A stretch of DNA of 63,866 nt, taken from contig DZBD01000002.1 in NCBI GenBank assembly GCA_022729795.1, positions 1-63,866 on the forward strand, read 5' to 3'. The DNA comes from Sulfuricurvum sp. (GTDB lineage Bacteria > Campylobacterota > Campylobacteria > Campylobacterales > Sulfurimonadaceae). Below the pieces are notes generated by a model that saw only the letters and a program-made list of their open reading frames with translations, did no database searches and had not been told where the DNA came from. The first letter of the stretch is position 1, and every line of letters begins with the position of its first letter. Below, piece after piece: positions 30,188-40,264 of the stretch. A program made the translations under genes and the position numbers.

Positions 30188-31981
30188 TTAGTATTGAACC
30201 GCTTCAATCATCGTAGATGCATCTATCACCTGTTCCTTGTGAACGTTTTCAACCGGTTTGATATGTGCATCCCTGCCGTAAATATAGCTTTGCTCTTCTA
30301 CTATTATTTTATACGCTTTATTCAAATCTTTTGCTCTTGTAAGGGAGGGATATAAAAGATAAGAGATATCATTTTTTATTTTATTGAGCTCATCTATTTT
30401 CAAAGAACCGTTTGTTTCAAAAAATTTGTTCATCACTTCATCGTTGGCTCTAAACTCATCGCCTGCATGGTTTACTTCGAGATACAAAGAATACTCATCT
30501 CGTGCATCGGGAGTTTTTGGCTCTTTGATATTTTTCAGACCGTGAGCATCTTGGCTCCAGTGGTACCAGCCCTTTTGAAAAGCGGTTTTATCAAATTTTC
30601 TCTGAAATACGAAAGTGCTGTCTGCAATCGCTCCGATACCGCTGTGGCATCCTATGCAGTAAAGCGTCTCTTCATAATTTTGCGGTCTAAGCTCTCCCTT
30701 GGCATCTTCGATAAAACCTTGATAGATCCAACCCATATTGTTTAAAGCTCCGTATTCCGAATTGCCCATGATGGTTCTAAGCAAATCTGGAGACAAATCT
30801 TTTTCTTTTATATCGGTTAAGACTGAATTTTTCAGTTCAGAATAGCTAATCCAGTCAATTTTTTTCCCATAACGAAGCTCTTTCATACGAGGCGCCATTT
30901 TTATACTTTGCCCGTCATCGTCTATGTATCGGACACTGTGTAAAAATTCGGTATTTTTTGGATAAAGTCCCGGGGCTATCAAGTACTCATTGGTGCTTAA
31001 GAGCTCTTTTGCATGCCCCACGTAACTCATAGAAAAATTCTCAATCTTCCCCGTTCCTGAATTATAAGTAGGCTTGTTCCATTTAAAAACCACCTCACTT
31101 GCTTTGCCTAAAACACCGTCGTGATTCAAATCAAACCCGTATAAATTTTCATCAACCTCATCAATAGCCACATTTTTTTGTTTTATCAGAGATTCGACGA
31201 TAGAGAGATTGAGTTTATAAACGGCAAGATTAAAAGTTTTATTTTTATCCTGCATAAACTCTTTTGAAAGACGTATCAGTACATCATCCATACTTCCGTT
31301 GGTAGGCCAAAAAGTCCCCAAAAACGGATAATATCCAAAAGCTCTCCAGCCCGTGTAATTTCCATCGGGCGATTTATCAAACCCCTCGCTATCAAAATCA
31401 AAATAACAGTCAGGTGTATATCCGTCCCATTTGCCGTTATTATTGATATCCCACTCTGCAGGAGGAGTTTTGAGTGCATTAGCTAAAAGTATTTGACTTT
31501 TTTGCATATAGTTGTTTTCTCTCACATAAGAGACTATCTCTTCATCACTAATTTGCGAAACTAAAGAGGTTCTATCTTTAAAAAGGTTTGTAAATCTGTT
31601 TACTTTGGTATACTCCCCAAATCCTGCAAAAGTCTGTAAATCCCAATCGTCCACGTAATTTGGCTCAATCGAACTAATGTGACACGAAAAACAAGGGTTA
31701 TGCACTCCGCCGTTTGCATCTACCGTCTTTGTATAGCACTGGCTTGTAACGTAAGCACCTTTATTATTGAGAGGTGTCGTTGAGAGGAAATCAATATTTA
31801 TAGGGGTTAAATTTCTCGTATTATAGAGGGAGTTGTTACTTTCGTATAGAGCTATTGTATCATCTATCACAAGCTCCTCTTTTAAGGTGTTCTTGCTGCC
31901 TCCACAGCCGATAATACAAATGCTGATAATAAAAAATAAAGTTACGATGAAATATTTCATACGACTCAAGCGATTCTGCAT
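30188..31981 (-). CDS. uncharacterised di-heme c-type cytochrome lipoprotein (paralog 2)
   Basis: Lipobox IIGC and two CxxCH motifs (CFSCH, CIGCH). Alternative start ATG at 31960. Confidence 0.75.
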   Translation of the reverse strand: MQNRLSRMKYFIVTLFFIISICIIGCGGSKNTLKEELVIDDTIALYESNNSLYNTRNLTPINIDFLSTTPLNNKGAYVTSQCYTKTVDANGGVHNPCFSCHISSIEPNYVDDWDLQTFAGFGEYTKVNRFTNLFKDRTSLVSQISDEEIVSYVRENNYMQKSQILLANALKTPPAEWDINNNGKWDGYTPDCYFDFDSEGFDKSPDGNYTGWRAFGYYPFLGTFWPTNGSMDDVLIRLSKEFMQDKNKTFNLAVYKLNLSIVESLIKQKNVAIDEVDENLYGFDLNHDGVLGKASEVVFKWNKPTYNSGTGKIENFSMSYVGHAKELLSTNEYLIAPGLYPKNTEFLHSVRYIDDDGQSIKMAPRMKELRYGKKIDWISYSELKNSVLTDIKEKDLSPDLLRTIMGNSEYGALNNMGWIYQGFIEDAKGELRPQNYEETLYCIGCHSGIGAIADSTFVFQRKFDKTAFQKGWYHWSQDAHGLKNIKEPKTPDARDEYSLYLEVNHAGDEFRANDEVMNKFFETNGSLKIDELNKIKNDISYLLYPSLTRAKDLNKAYKIIVEEQSYIYGRDAHIKPVENVHKEQVIDASTMIEAVQY

Positions 31982-31989
31982 CTTATATG

Positions 31990-33990
31990 CTATTTTTCTT
32001 CAAAATCTTGCGGGTACTTAAAGATTGGAAGATACTCCGCATCGTAGTTGCTCCCCGTCTCGTCTATAAGCGTCTCTACTTTACCTACTCCCCAAAGAAT
32101 CGTCTCCTCTGTATTATACGGTCTATCTGTGATAGTCTCGCCAAATTCATAGCTTGTACCATCAATATGAGAGTAACTGCTGTTGGCATCACGGTAGTAT
32201 TTGTAGGTAAAAATTGTTTCGCCAAAGTAATCTTTTCCTTTTGTGTAGCGCTGAGTAGCTACTACTTTTCTGTATCCAGTCGCACCTTTAAGTGACTCTT
32301 CAAGAGTAGGATAAAGAAGTGGAGCTTGCAAAAAGCCATCTGCTGTGAGATAATCCTTTTTAGCCGTAAACTCTCTTACGAGCTTGAGTCGCATCTCCTG
32401 AATTGCTTTTAGCTGCGCAACATTCTCAAAGGCTAGAGTTGGAAAATCATCACTATAGCCGTTTGCTGAAGTAATGACGCCTTTAAGATATGCCTCCATA
32501 GATTTTGGCATCTCCCCATAAAGCGAAGCACCTACTACATGATTTAAAAACTTTCTATATTCCCCCATGTTTGCATCGCGGTTGATAGGATCACCTCTGT
32601 GTGCACTTCCTGAGGTTTCATTTGTGTTGGCATGTGGATCTCTTTTATAGCCCAAATAGTCCATCTCTCTCCAGCCTAAATCACCTGCAAATTTTCTGGA
32701 AAATGACCACACCGTATCTATAGTATTGCTGGTTCCTGAGGTAAACTGAGCAGGTTCAAAACCGTATTTTGAGCTATGACATCCTACACACTGCATAAGC
32801 TCTTCAGGTTTTTGCCCTCGAAGTGAGCCGTTTGCATCTTCTATAAATGCACTCATCCACCATCCCGCACCGTTATCTATCCATGTTTCATTTTCGTTGT
32901 AGTAAAGCGGTGCGTTTTCCTCTTTTGTGACAGGTTCATCCGTATGGCGCATTTCCCATTTATACATGTAACGAATCTCTTTTACATGGGTTGAGCGCGT
33001 TCCCGGAAATTTTGAACTCACTCCGTCTGCATCAACATCTACATAATGAAGCGGGTGAGCAAACTCTGTTCTAAGCGGGAAAAGTCCTCTATAAAGGGGT
33101 ACATCGCTTGCTCTTCCTACATAATGAGTTCTATTATTTTCTATTCTATCTTGGATAGCTTGCTCTAAAAGCTCAAGGTTTTGCTTGTATATATCAAGGC
33201 TAAAAGTACCGTTTGCATCTTGCATAAACTTCGCATCAAGACGAATATAAATACCGCTCACGCTTCCCGTATGCGGGGTAAAGATTCCATAAGGCATAAA
33301 ATTCACGGCTCTCCATCCCGTATTGAGCCCTTTTGCATCGCTAAAGAGCATCTCAGCGCTGTTTTGTGTTCGTACAAACCCATCATCATCGGCCGGAAGA
33401 GCGGCAGGGTTTAAAGCGGGAAAGAGACGAAAAGAATCATCTTTTATACCGCTGTCACTCACTTTGGCATCCCCCCTTTTTTTGTTGTACGCTTCTTGCC
33501 AGTTGTCGCTTTTAATGTAGCTTTGCATATCCCAAGTATCGGCATTGATGTTTAAGTTTGCAAAAGCTTCATCGAGTTTATGAGGCGTGATGGTGTTTTC
33601 CCAAGGGTTAATATTGGGTGAGCGAGTGAATATATCTGCCGGTCCAAAGGCATATTCGAGTTGGAGATTTCCTATATAGTCATCAAACCCCGCTTGTGCC
33701 AAAGTGCTTCCTAACTTTTGTTTTGCCGCTGCATTGGAGTGGCAAAAAAGACAGGCGTTTTGCGTGCCGAAAGAGGTTTCTATGTAGCACTGAGCAGGGA
33801 TGTTTGCATAAGGGTTGGAAAAAAGTGTTCGAGCGCGAAATTCACCCGTCATAGGAGCATCTTCAACCGGTGTAGTGGTGTTTATCTCATCAACGAGAAC
33901 ATCTTTGCTACTATCACTCACACCGCAACTAATAAACGCCAATCCGCTTACAAAAAGTAAAACTACGAGGTAAAGAGGGATTTTTTTCAT
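31990..33990 (-). CDS. uncharacterised di-heme c-type cytochrome lipoprotein (paralog 1)
   Basis: Start re-called at ATG 33990 (MKKIPLY...FISC lipobox). Two CxxCH motifs (CLFCH, CVGCH). Shares many blocks with the downstream gene. Confidence 0.75.
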   Translation of the reverse strand: MKKIPLYLVVLLFVSGLAFISCGVSDSSKDVLVDEINTTTPVEDAPMTGEFRARTLFSNPYANIPAQCYIETSFGTQNACLFCHSNAAAKQKLGSTLAQAGFDDYIGNLQLEYAFGPADIFTRSPNINPWENTITPHKLDEAFANLNINADTWDMQSYIKSDNWQEAYNKKRGDAKVSDSGIKDDSFRLFPALNPAALPADDDGFVRTQNSAEMLFSDAKGLNTGWRAVNFMPYGIFTPHTGSVSGIYIRLDAKFMQDANGTFSLDIYKQNLELLEQAIQDRIENNRTHYVGRASDVPLYRGLFPLRTEFAHPLHYVDVDADGVSSKFPGTRSTHVKEIRYMYKWEMRHTDEPVTKEENAPLYYNENETWIDNGAGWWMSAFIEDANGSLRGQKPEELMQCVGCHSSKYGFEPAQFTSGTSNTIDTVWSFSRKFAGDLGWREMDYLGYKRDPHANTNETSGSAHRGDPINRDANMGEYRKFLNHVVGASLYGEMPKSMEAYLKGVITSANGYSDDFPTLAFENVAQLKAIQEMRLKLVREFTAKKDYLTADGFLQAPLLYPTLEESLKGATGYRKVVATQRYTKGKDYFGETIFTYKYYRDANSSYSHIDGTSYEFGETITDRPYNTEETILWGVGKVETLIDETGSNYDAEYLPIFKYPQDFEEK

Positions 33991-34038
33991 GAATTTTCCA
34001 AATTTTAGTTTTTGTGAATTGATTGCTAGAAATAGGCA

Positions 34039-34058
34039 CAAGAGGCAAAAGCCCCTTG
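34039..34058 (-). terminator. intercistronic stem-loop after the phoX-like gene
   Basis: Minus strand CAAGGGGC-TTTT-GCCTCTTG, an 8-bp stem with one G.U pair and no strong U-tract. Confidence 0.55.
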
Positions 34059-34062
34059 AGAA

Positions 34063-35952
34063 TTATTTAAGACCCGGAATTCCGCCGATGTAACCGAAGT
34101 TAGCATCATGTTTATCTATCATAGTGCCAAGTACATCTTTTAAAGTAGTCGGTGTAGTGCCTGTAAAGTCAGCATGGTGCTGTGAGTTACTCATAACATA
34201 AGCATGACCGTTTGCATTGTCAACTACCTGAAGCCCTGTACACTCAGCTCCAGCTGGAACAGAAAGGATACGAGCAAGATTTTTTGTATCTACATTGTAT
34301 GCCCATACGAAGTTGTTTGTGTGTGTACCGCTGTCTTCACCGACAAACAGTGTTCTCATTTTTTCAGAGAAGAAAATATTGTCTGTGTTAGCGATTTTGT
34401 CAGGGTGACATGTATTTCCAAGTGCATCAGCTGTGATCGGTTCACCTACTAAGCCCACTGGAGCCATAAGACTTGCACCGACATAGTCAGAGTTGATTGC
34501 ATTGCCGTCAGTATCTTTTTGTCCGCTTGCAAGAGTGATCTCATATGTAGCACCACAGTTGTTTTTTGCAACTTGAATATGGTCAGTTCCAAAAGTAGCA
34601 TCTGCCAACATTCCCTTGTCTTGGTAACTGATAGCCATATACGCTTTTTTAGATTTCTCATCAATTGTGATACCTTCCATTTTGTTCCACTCAGTTGTAG
34701 CGCCTTTCATAGCAGCTAAACGGCGTGGCTCAAGGAAGGCAGCAGCTGTTTCCATACCTGTTTTTAATTTCAAATACTCTTTACCGGTGTGTCCTGCTTT
34801 GATAACAGTGTAACCTGTAATATCAGCACCGGCTGTAACTGCTTCAGGTGTTAAATAATCAAAAATATCAGCAAAAGTTAAAGTATCTGCGAAAGCTTTT
34901 ACTTGAGTTTCAGTTGCGTGACCAAGTTTGATCCAGCTCATAGTTCCCTCGGCGGTAGCGCTTCCAGCAGCATTTGTTTGAGTGAATTTTTGCGCATAAA
35001 GTGTGCCTACAGAGAGGTCGTTTGCTTTGTCGCCTACGAACATAAGTAAAAATACATTGGTGCCGTCATCACCGTAAAGTGCAGTTTTGCCATCGCCAAA
35101 TACTTTAGCCATTTCCCAAGTACCTTTACCCATAGCATAACGCTTATGTAAATCGTAAGTACCGTCTGCTTTTACAACAACCTCTTGGTTGTATCCGTAG
35201 TGGTAAGGGTTTGCAGTTTTCGTATTGTCCCAGTAAAGTTCTGTCATAGCTTTAAGTCCGGCAACAGTTGTTGCAGCAGCTTTACCGCTTGCTTCTGTAA
35301 AGTAAAGGTCATAATCCTCTTCTCCACCTAAGTGTGTATTCCATGGAGTTTGTGAACCGAAACAAAAAATCCATCCACCCTCTACGCTTGAGTGATCTAT
35401 AGGTTTTTGTGCAACTGCTTTAAGGTTACCTTTTGCATCTTGCTCAATGTCTGTAAGAATCATATTCATAGGAGATCTTGAATACCATCCCTCTTGCTTG
35501 TATGCTTGCACACCGTTAGATAAAATCCAGTCATACTCTAAGTGAGAAACCATAAAAAGTTTTCCGTCTATGTTTAAAAGTGAGTTAGAGTCCGGAGTCT
35601 CAGCAATTAAAGGCTCATTAAACGGATCTTTAAGTGGCTCCATTTTGTAGTTATAAAGTTGTCCTGCATAGTTTTCACTATTACCGACTTTATCTTTTAC
35701 GCCAAAAAGAATATTATAAGAAAGTTCATGTTGAGTATATTCTGTAGCGCTTGTATAAACACGTACTTTGGCATCAGAATATGCTCTTGACATATCTGTA
35801 TAGTTTGATGGCGCTGCCATGCTCACAAATTCTACTTTAGTAGCTGAAACTGATGTATCACTAAGTTGAACTTGTTCATCATCACTACCACAACCTGCAA
35901 AACCTAAACCTAAAGCTACAGCAGTAGCAAGAGAGATCCATTTCTTATTCAT
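34063..35952 (-). CDS. PhoX/DUF839-family alkaline phosphatase-like lipoprotein
   Basis: CFGSQTPWNTHLGGEE, KMEGI, NTDNI..., GEDS and GAECTG match PhoX-type blocks. Lipobox FAGC. Start re-called at ATG 35952 after AAGGA. Confidence 0.8.
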   Translation of the reverse strand: MNKKWISLATAVALGLGFAGCGSDDEQVQLSDTSVSATKVEFVSMAAPSNYTDMSRAYSDAKVRVYTSATEYTQHELSYNILFGVKDKVGNSENYAGQLYNYKMEPLKDPFNEPLIAETPDSNSLLNIDGKLFMVSHLEYDWILSNGVQAYKQEGWYSRSPMNMILTDIEQDAKGNLKAVAQKPIDHSSVEGGWIFCFGSQTPWNTHLGGEEDYDLYFTEASGKAAATTVAGLKAMTELYWDNTKTANPYHYGYNQEVVVKADGTYDLHKRYAMGKGTWEMAKVFGDGKTALYGDDGTNVFLLMFVGDKANDLSVGTLYAQKFTQTNAAGSATAEGTMSWIKLGHATETQVKAFADTLTFADIFDYLTPEAVTAGADITGYTVIKAGHTGKEYLKLKTGMETAAAFLEPRRLAAMKGATTEWNKMEGITIDEKSKKAYMAISYQDKGMLADATFGTDHIQVAKNNCGATYEITLASGQKDTDGNAINSDYVGASLMAPVGLVGEPITADALGNTCHPDKIANTDNIFFSEKMRTLFVGEDSGTHTNNFVWAYNVDTKNLARILSVPAGAECTGLQVVDNANGHAYVMSNSQHHADFTGTTPTTLKDVLGTMIDKHDANFGYIGGIPGLK

Positions 35953-35981
35953 TTTACTTATCCTTTTTTGTATATTCTGGA

Positions 35982-36035
35982 ATCGTATTTCAATTGCGTT
36001 ACAATGCAATCACATTTTGATAACATCTTGGTAAC
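35982..36035 (-). promoter_or_regulatory. pho-box-like tandem repeats (11-bp period) plus candidate -10 for the phoX-like operon
   Basis: Minus strand GTTACcaagat-GTTATcaaaat-GTGATtgcatt-GTAACgcaatt, then TACGAT at 35987-35982. Confidence 0.6.
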
Positions 36036-36076
36036 CAAGAACATATTTATTATTTTTCAAGTGCTATACTCAGCGG

Positions 36077-36829
36077 ATGAAAAAAAATACACTCCTTCAT
36101 AAATTCAAAAATATCACGCATACTTTTACCGCAAGAGAAGGCGGATGTTCCCTGCCTCCTTATGATTCCATGAATCTTGCTTTTCATGTCAACGACAACT
36201 CTTGGCATGTGGATAGGAACCATAATATTTTGGCAGATACCTTAGGCTACAATAAAAACTCACTCGTATATATGAAACAAATCCATTCTAATACCGTGCA
36301 TAAAGTCGATGAACATGATAATTTCCACATGCCAAGAAGCTGTGATGCACTTATTACGGACAAAATAAATATCCCTCTGATGGTGATGGCGGCGGACTGT
36401 TCCCCCTTGCTTTTTTACGATGAAATACAAAAAGTCATAGCGGTTGCACATGCTGGAAGAGCGGGTGCATTTCAAAATATAGCGACAAATGTCGTAAAAA
36501 GTTTTGAGAAAGATTTTCAAAGTAAGGCAAAGGACATTTATGTGAGCGTCGGTGCGAGCATCGGCGCGTGCTGTTACGAGGTGGGCAAAGAGATTGCCCA
36601 AGAGGCAAAAGAGCTTCACTTAGAATACGCCGTCCAAAGCAGACAAAAGAGATATTATCTGGATGTAAGCAGTATTTTGAAAACTCAACTCTTGGCATGT
36701 GGAATATTAGAAGAACATATAGAATTCTCTCCCGATTGCACATGTTGCAAAAATGATACCTATTTTTCCTATAGAGCCGATGGTATCACGGGAAGATTTG
36801 CTGGAGTGCTTATGCTCAAAGAGGAGTAA
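36077..36829 (+). CDS. pgeF: YfiH/PgeF-family protein (purine nucleoside phosphorylase/peptidoglycan editing factor)
   Basis: QIHS, DALIT, ADCSPLL, HAGRAG, CCYEVG and FSYR. Confidence 0.92.
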   Translation: MKKNTLLHKFKNITHTFTAREGGCSLPPYDSMNLAFHVNDNSWHVDRNHNILADTLGYNKNSLVYMKQIHSNTVHKVDEHDNFHMPRSCDALITDKINIPLMVMAADCSPLLFYDEIQKVIAVAHAGRAGAFQNIATNVVKSFEKDFQSKAKDIYVSVGASIGACCYEVGKEIAQEAKELHLEYAVQSRQKRYYLDVSSILKTQLLACGILEEHIEFSPDCTCCKNDTYFSYRADGITGRFAGVLMLKEE

Positions 36830-36838
36830 AAATAGATA

Positions 36839-39800
36839 TCACAAAAGTTTTTCAAACTCCTCTGCTGGAGCGGGTTTACTTTTGAGATATCCCTGATACA
36901 TTGTGCAGCCTCTTGCTTTTAAAAATTCTAGTTGATCTTCTCTTTCTACCCCCTCGGCTAATATTTGAAAACCAAGCGCTTGTCCCATCGCAATAATTGC
37001 ACTTACTATTGCCATATCGTCTTTGTCGTATGGGATATCATCTACAAAACTTTTATCAATTTTGAGTACGTCGATAGGAAAACGTTTGAGGTAACTCAAA
37101 GAGGAATAACCCGTCCCAAAATCATCTATTGCCAAACGTATCCCTTTTGCTCTGAGAAGATGAAGCATCTCCACAACCTCTTCCTCCCTTTGCATCAAAG
37201 AGCTCTCTGTTAGTTCGAGTTCTAAACGTGAAGCGGTATATCCGCTGTGCTTGAGGGCATTTTCTACTACAAGAGGAATATTTTGATAGCGGATTTGATG
37301 CGCTGAGACATTCACGGCAAGGGTTAAGCGATGCCCGCGGTCGAGCCAAATTTTGCCCTGCCTGCAAGTTTCATTCAAAACCCACTCCCCTATACTACTT
37401 ATTAGTCCTAGCTCTTCGGCAATAGGGATAAATTCATTCGGAGGGACAAGCCCTCTTAGGGGATGATTCCATCTCACAAGCGCTTCTGCACCAAGGATAC
37501 GACCTGAGAGTATATGTACCTGAGGTTGATAATACACTTCAAACTCATTGTTCTCAATGGCATGCCGCAAATCATTTTCACATTCAATACGGTGACGTGC
37601 CAGATTAGTAAGCTCATCGGTGTAGTAACTATACGTTCCCCTTCCGTCGGCTTTTGATTTATAAAGTGCTGCATCGGAGTGCTGCAAAAGGTCGGATGCA
37701 TTGTGTCCATTATCCGGATAAAGAGCGATACCTACGCTTATCCCGACATGAATCAAAGCTCCGGCGGATAATTTATATTCTAATGCCAGATTGTTAATCA
37801 TCTCTTTTGCAAGTCTTCCCGCATCCTCGGGATGGGATAAATTTTCTAGAACAATGGCAAATTCATCGCCTCCGATACGGCTCACAAGATCTCCTTCTCT
37901 AAGACGAGAAGAAAAGTGATTTGCAATATGGCAAAGAAGCTCATCGCCTGCAGCATGCCCGTAACTGTCATTAATATCTTTAAAACGGTCTAAGTCAAAC
38001 ATCAGCAGTGCTATCTGTGTTTTATTACGCTTTGCATGTTCTATGGAGCTTTGCAAATAGGAGATCAAAAATGCACGGCTTGCAAGTCCCGTCAGCGAGT
38101 CATAGTTTGCAAGTGTTTCAAGCCTTTCTTGATAAAGCTTTTGTTCCGTAATATCCTGCACCATTCCTATTCCTGAAGATAATTCTCCAAACGTATCAGA
38201 TTCAAGTCTTGCGTGCTCTTTTACCCATCGAACCTCACCGTCAACAAGAATACGATGCTCTATCTCGTAATTATTTCCTCTTAAGGCTGCCTGCCAAGCA
38301 TTATTTACTTTTTCTAAATCATCGGGATGGATACTCTTTAAAAAAGTACCGTAGGTAAGGGGTGTCTCTTTTGGGATTCCAAATATTCTATAGGTCTCAT
38401 CCGACCACTCTAAAACATTACTCTCAATATCAATTCTCCAACTTCCTATCTTTGCCAGCCTTTGAACACTCCCAAGGTCTTTATCTTTGCGGAGAATTGT
38501 ATTTTCATATTCTATCTGTTCCGTCAAATCCTGAAAAATTCCCATTGCTTTGATGGGATTGTGCTCTTTGTCATAAAAAAATTCCGTATGCGTTTTAATC
38601 CATTTATATCCATTATTAACATCAAAAACTCTATAAAGGGAACCGATATTTTTATCTTTTTTAGAAGCGTCGAAGAGTTGATGTGTCACTTTTTCTCTAT
38701 CTTGGGGTGCAAAATGTTCAATAACATCTTTAAACTTTATTTTGCTATTCGAATCTATCCCAAAAATTTTGTACGCTTCCGTGCTTCCGGTAAATATATC
38801 CTGAGCTATATCCCATTCCCAGGTTCCTATATGCGCCAATCCTTGGATTTGTTCAGCCTCTTCATTTTTGCGCTTTCTCTCGCTCATATCTCTAGCAACG
38901 CCGATAACTCCAAGCACTTTGCCCTCAGCATCTTTCATAGGTGTTTTTATTGTTTCAAAATAGCCCGCATAACTGCCGTCGCCAAATTTTAAAAATTCTT
39001 CATTTGTACGTAAACCTCCGGCTTCTATTGCTGCTTGGTCATGTTGGCGAAAAAATTGTGCCAATTCTGCATCTACAAAATCAAAATCATTCTTTCCTAG
39101 AATCTCACTCTCTTTGGCATTATAAAGTCTCTCAAACATCTCGTTACAAGCTAGATACGTTCCCTCGGAGTCTTTGAGCCATATCAAATCGGGTATAGTA
39201 TTAATAAGGGTATGTAAAAACGCTTTTTGTCGGGTGAGTTCCGATTGTCTTGTGAGTAAGCTGCGCTGTGTCTGTTTGAGTTCTGCAATATCTCTATAAA
39301 CAGCCATAAAAAAAGGGGTTCCGTCCAAATCTATGACTACTACATTTACCCACACGTCAATAAGTGCCCCGTCTTTGGCACGATGAACCGTCTCAAAACT
39401 ATCAAATCCCCTCTCCAAAATAGCTGTAAAGCGCCGTGCCGTTTCCTCTTTTGTTTCTTTTACTTCATAATCCGGGATTCTTAATTTTGCAAACTCGGAT
39501 GCGGTATATCCCAAATATCGGTGTGCGGCACTGTTAAATTCAACTGCTCTCATTGTAGTAATATCAACAAGAACAACTCCATCGGGGAGTGACTCAAAAA
39601 GCTTGAGATACTTGAGGCTATTTTGAGTTTTGAAATCGGCTCGCAATAAAGATGCCACTGTTTCATCTGTTTGAATATTACAGTTAATACACCATTTCGC
39701 GATATCCCGTTCCGTAATCAAGCCTATAGGATGGCTATTGGTATCGAGCACTATAGCATAATCACATTTACGATTTTTCATCAGCGCAGCTGTTTCTATG

Positions 39801-40258
39801 AGGGAAGTATTACTTTGGACAATCAACGGTGAACCGCTCATAATGTCTGAGACAATTTTAAATTTATTCAAATCTTCAAAGCCTACATGACGAAGGAAAT
39901 CCCCCTCACTTACAATACCGACAAACTTTTTCAAGTCATCAACTACCACCAAATGGTGATACCCTTTCGTTTCCATCATCATGTACGCATCATGAATATA
40001 AAGGCTTTCTTGCACACAAAAAGGGTATGGAGTCATCACCTCGGCTAAGGATTTTTGAATATCAATCTTCTCGGCTACGACATGAAGAGCATCGTGCTCT
40101 GTAAAAATTCCTATCGGATGCATATCTGCATCAACAATTACTACCGAACTAATTGATTTCTCAGCCATTATCTTGAGCGCATGTTCTATACTTTTTGTAA
40201 AATCTAAGCTTATCTTTGCATGCGAGATAATTGATTTGAGTGTAACAAATTCCATCAT
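36839..40258 (-). CDS. CBS-PAS-GGDEF-EAL diguanylate cyclase/phosphodiesterase
   Basis: Three CBS repeats, about four PAS/PAC domains, intact GGDEF, EAL and DDFGTGYSS. Confidence 0.93.
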   Translation of the reverse strand: MMEFVTLKSIISHAKISLDFTKSIEHALKIMAEKSISSVVIVDADMHPIGIFTEHDALHVVAEKIDIQKSLAEVMTPYPFCVQESLYIHDAYMMMETKGYHHLVVVDDLKKFVGIVSEGDFLRHVGFEDLNKFKIVSDIMSGSPLIVQSNTSLIETAALMKNRKCDYAIVLDTNSHPIGLITERDIAKWCINCNIQTDETVASLLRADFKTQNSLKYLKLFESLPDGVVLVDITTMRAVEFNSAAHRYLGYTASEFAKLRIPDYEVKETKEETARRFTAILERGFDSFETVHRAKDGALIDVWVNVVVIDLDGTPFFMAVYRDIAELKQTQRSLLTRQSELTRQKAFLHTLINTIPDLIWLKDSEGTYLACNEMFERLYNAKESEILGKNDFDFVDAELAQFFRQHDQAAIEAGGLRTNEEFLKFGDGSYAGYFETIKTPMKDAEGKVLGVIGVARDMSERKRKNEEAEQIQGLAHIGTWEWDIAQDIFTGSTEAYKIFGIDSNSKIKFKDVIEHFAPQDREKVTHQLFDASKKDKNIGSLYRVFDVNNGYKWIKTHTEFFYDKEHNPIKAMGIFQDLTEQIEYENTILRKDKDLGSVQRLAKIGSWRIDIESNVLEWSDETYRIFGIPKETPLTYGTFLKSIHPDDLEKVNNAWQAALRGNNYEIEHRILVDGEVRWVKEHARLESDTFGELSSGIGMVQDITEQKLYQERLETLANYDSLTGLASRAFLISYLQSSIEHAKRNKTQIALLMFDLDRFKDINDSYGHAAGDELLCHIANHFSSRLREGDLVSRIGGDEFAIVLENLSHPEDAGRLAKEMINNLALEYKLSAGALIHVGISVGIALYPDNGHNASDLLQHSDAALYKSKADGRGTYSYYTDELTNLARHRIECENDLRHAIENNEFEVYYQPQVHILSGRILGAEALVRWNHPLRGLVPPNEFIPIAEELGLISSIGEWVLNETCRQGKIWLDRGHRLTLAVNVSAHQIRYQNIPLVVENALKHSGYTASRLELELTESSLMQREEEVVEMLHLLRAKGIRLAIDDFGTGYSSLSYLKRFPIDVLKIDKSFVDDIPYDKDDMAIVSAIIAMGQALGFQILAEGVEREDQLEFLKARGCTMYQGYLKSKPAPAEEFEKLL

Positions 40259-40264
40259 AGCACC

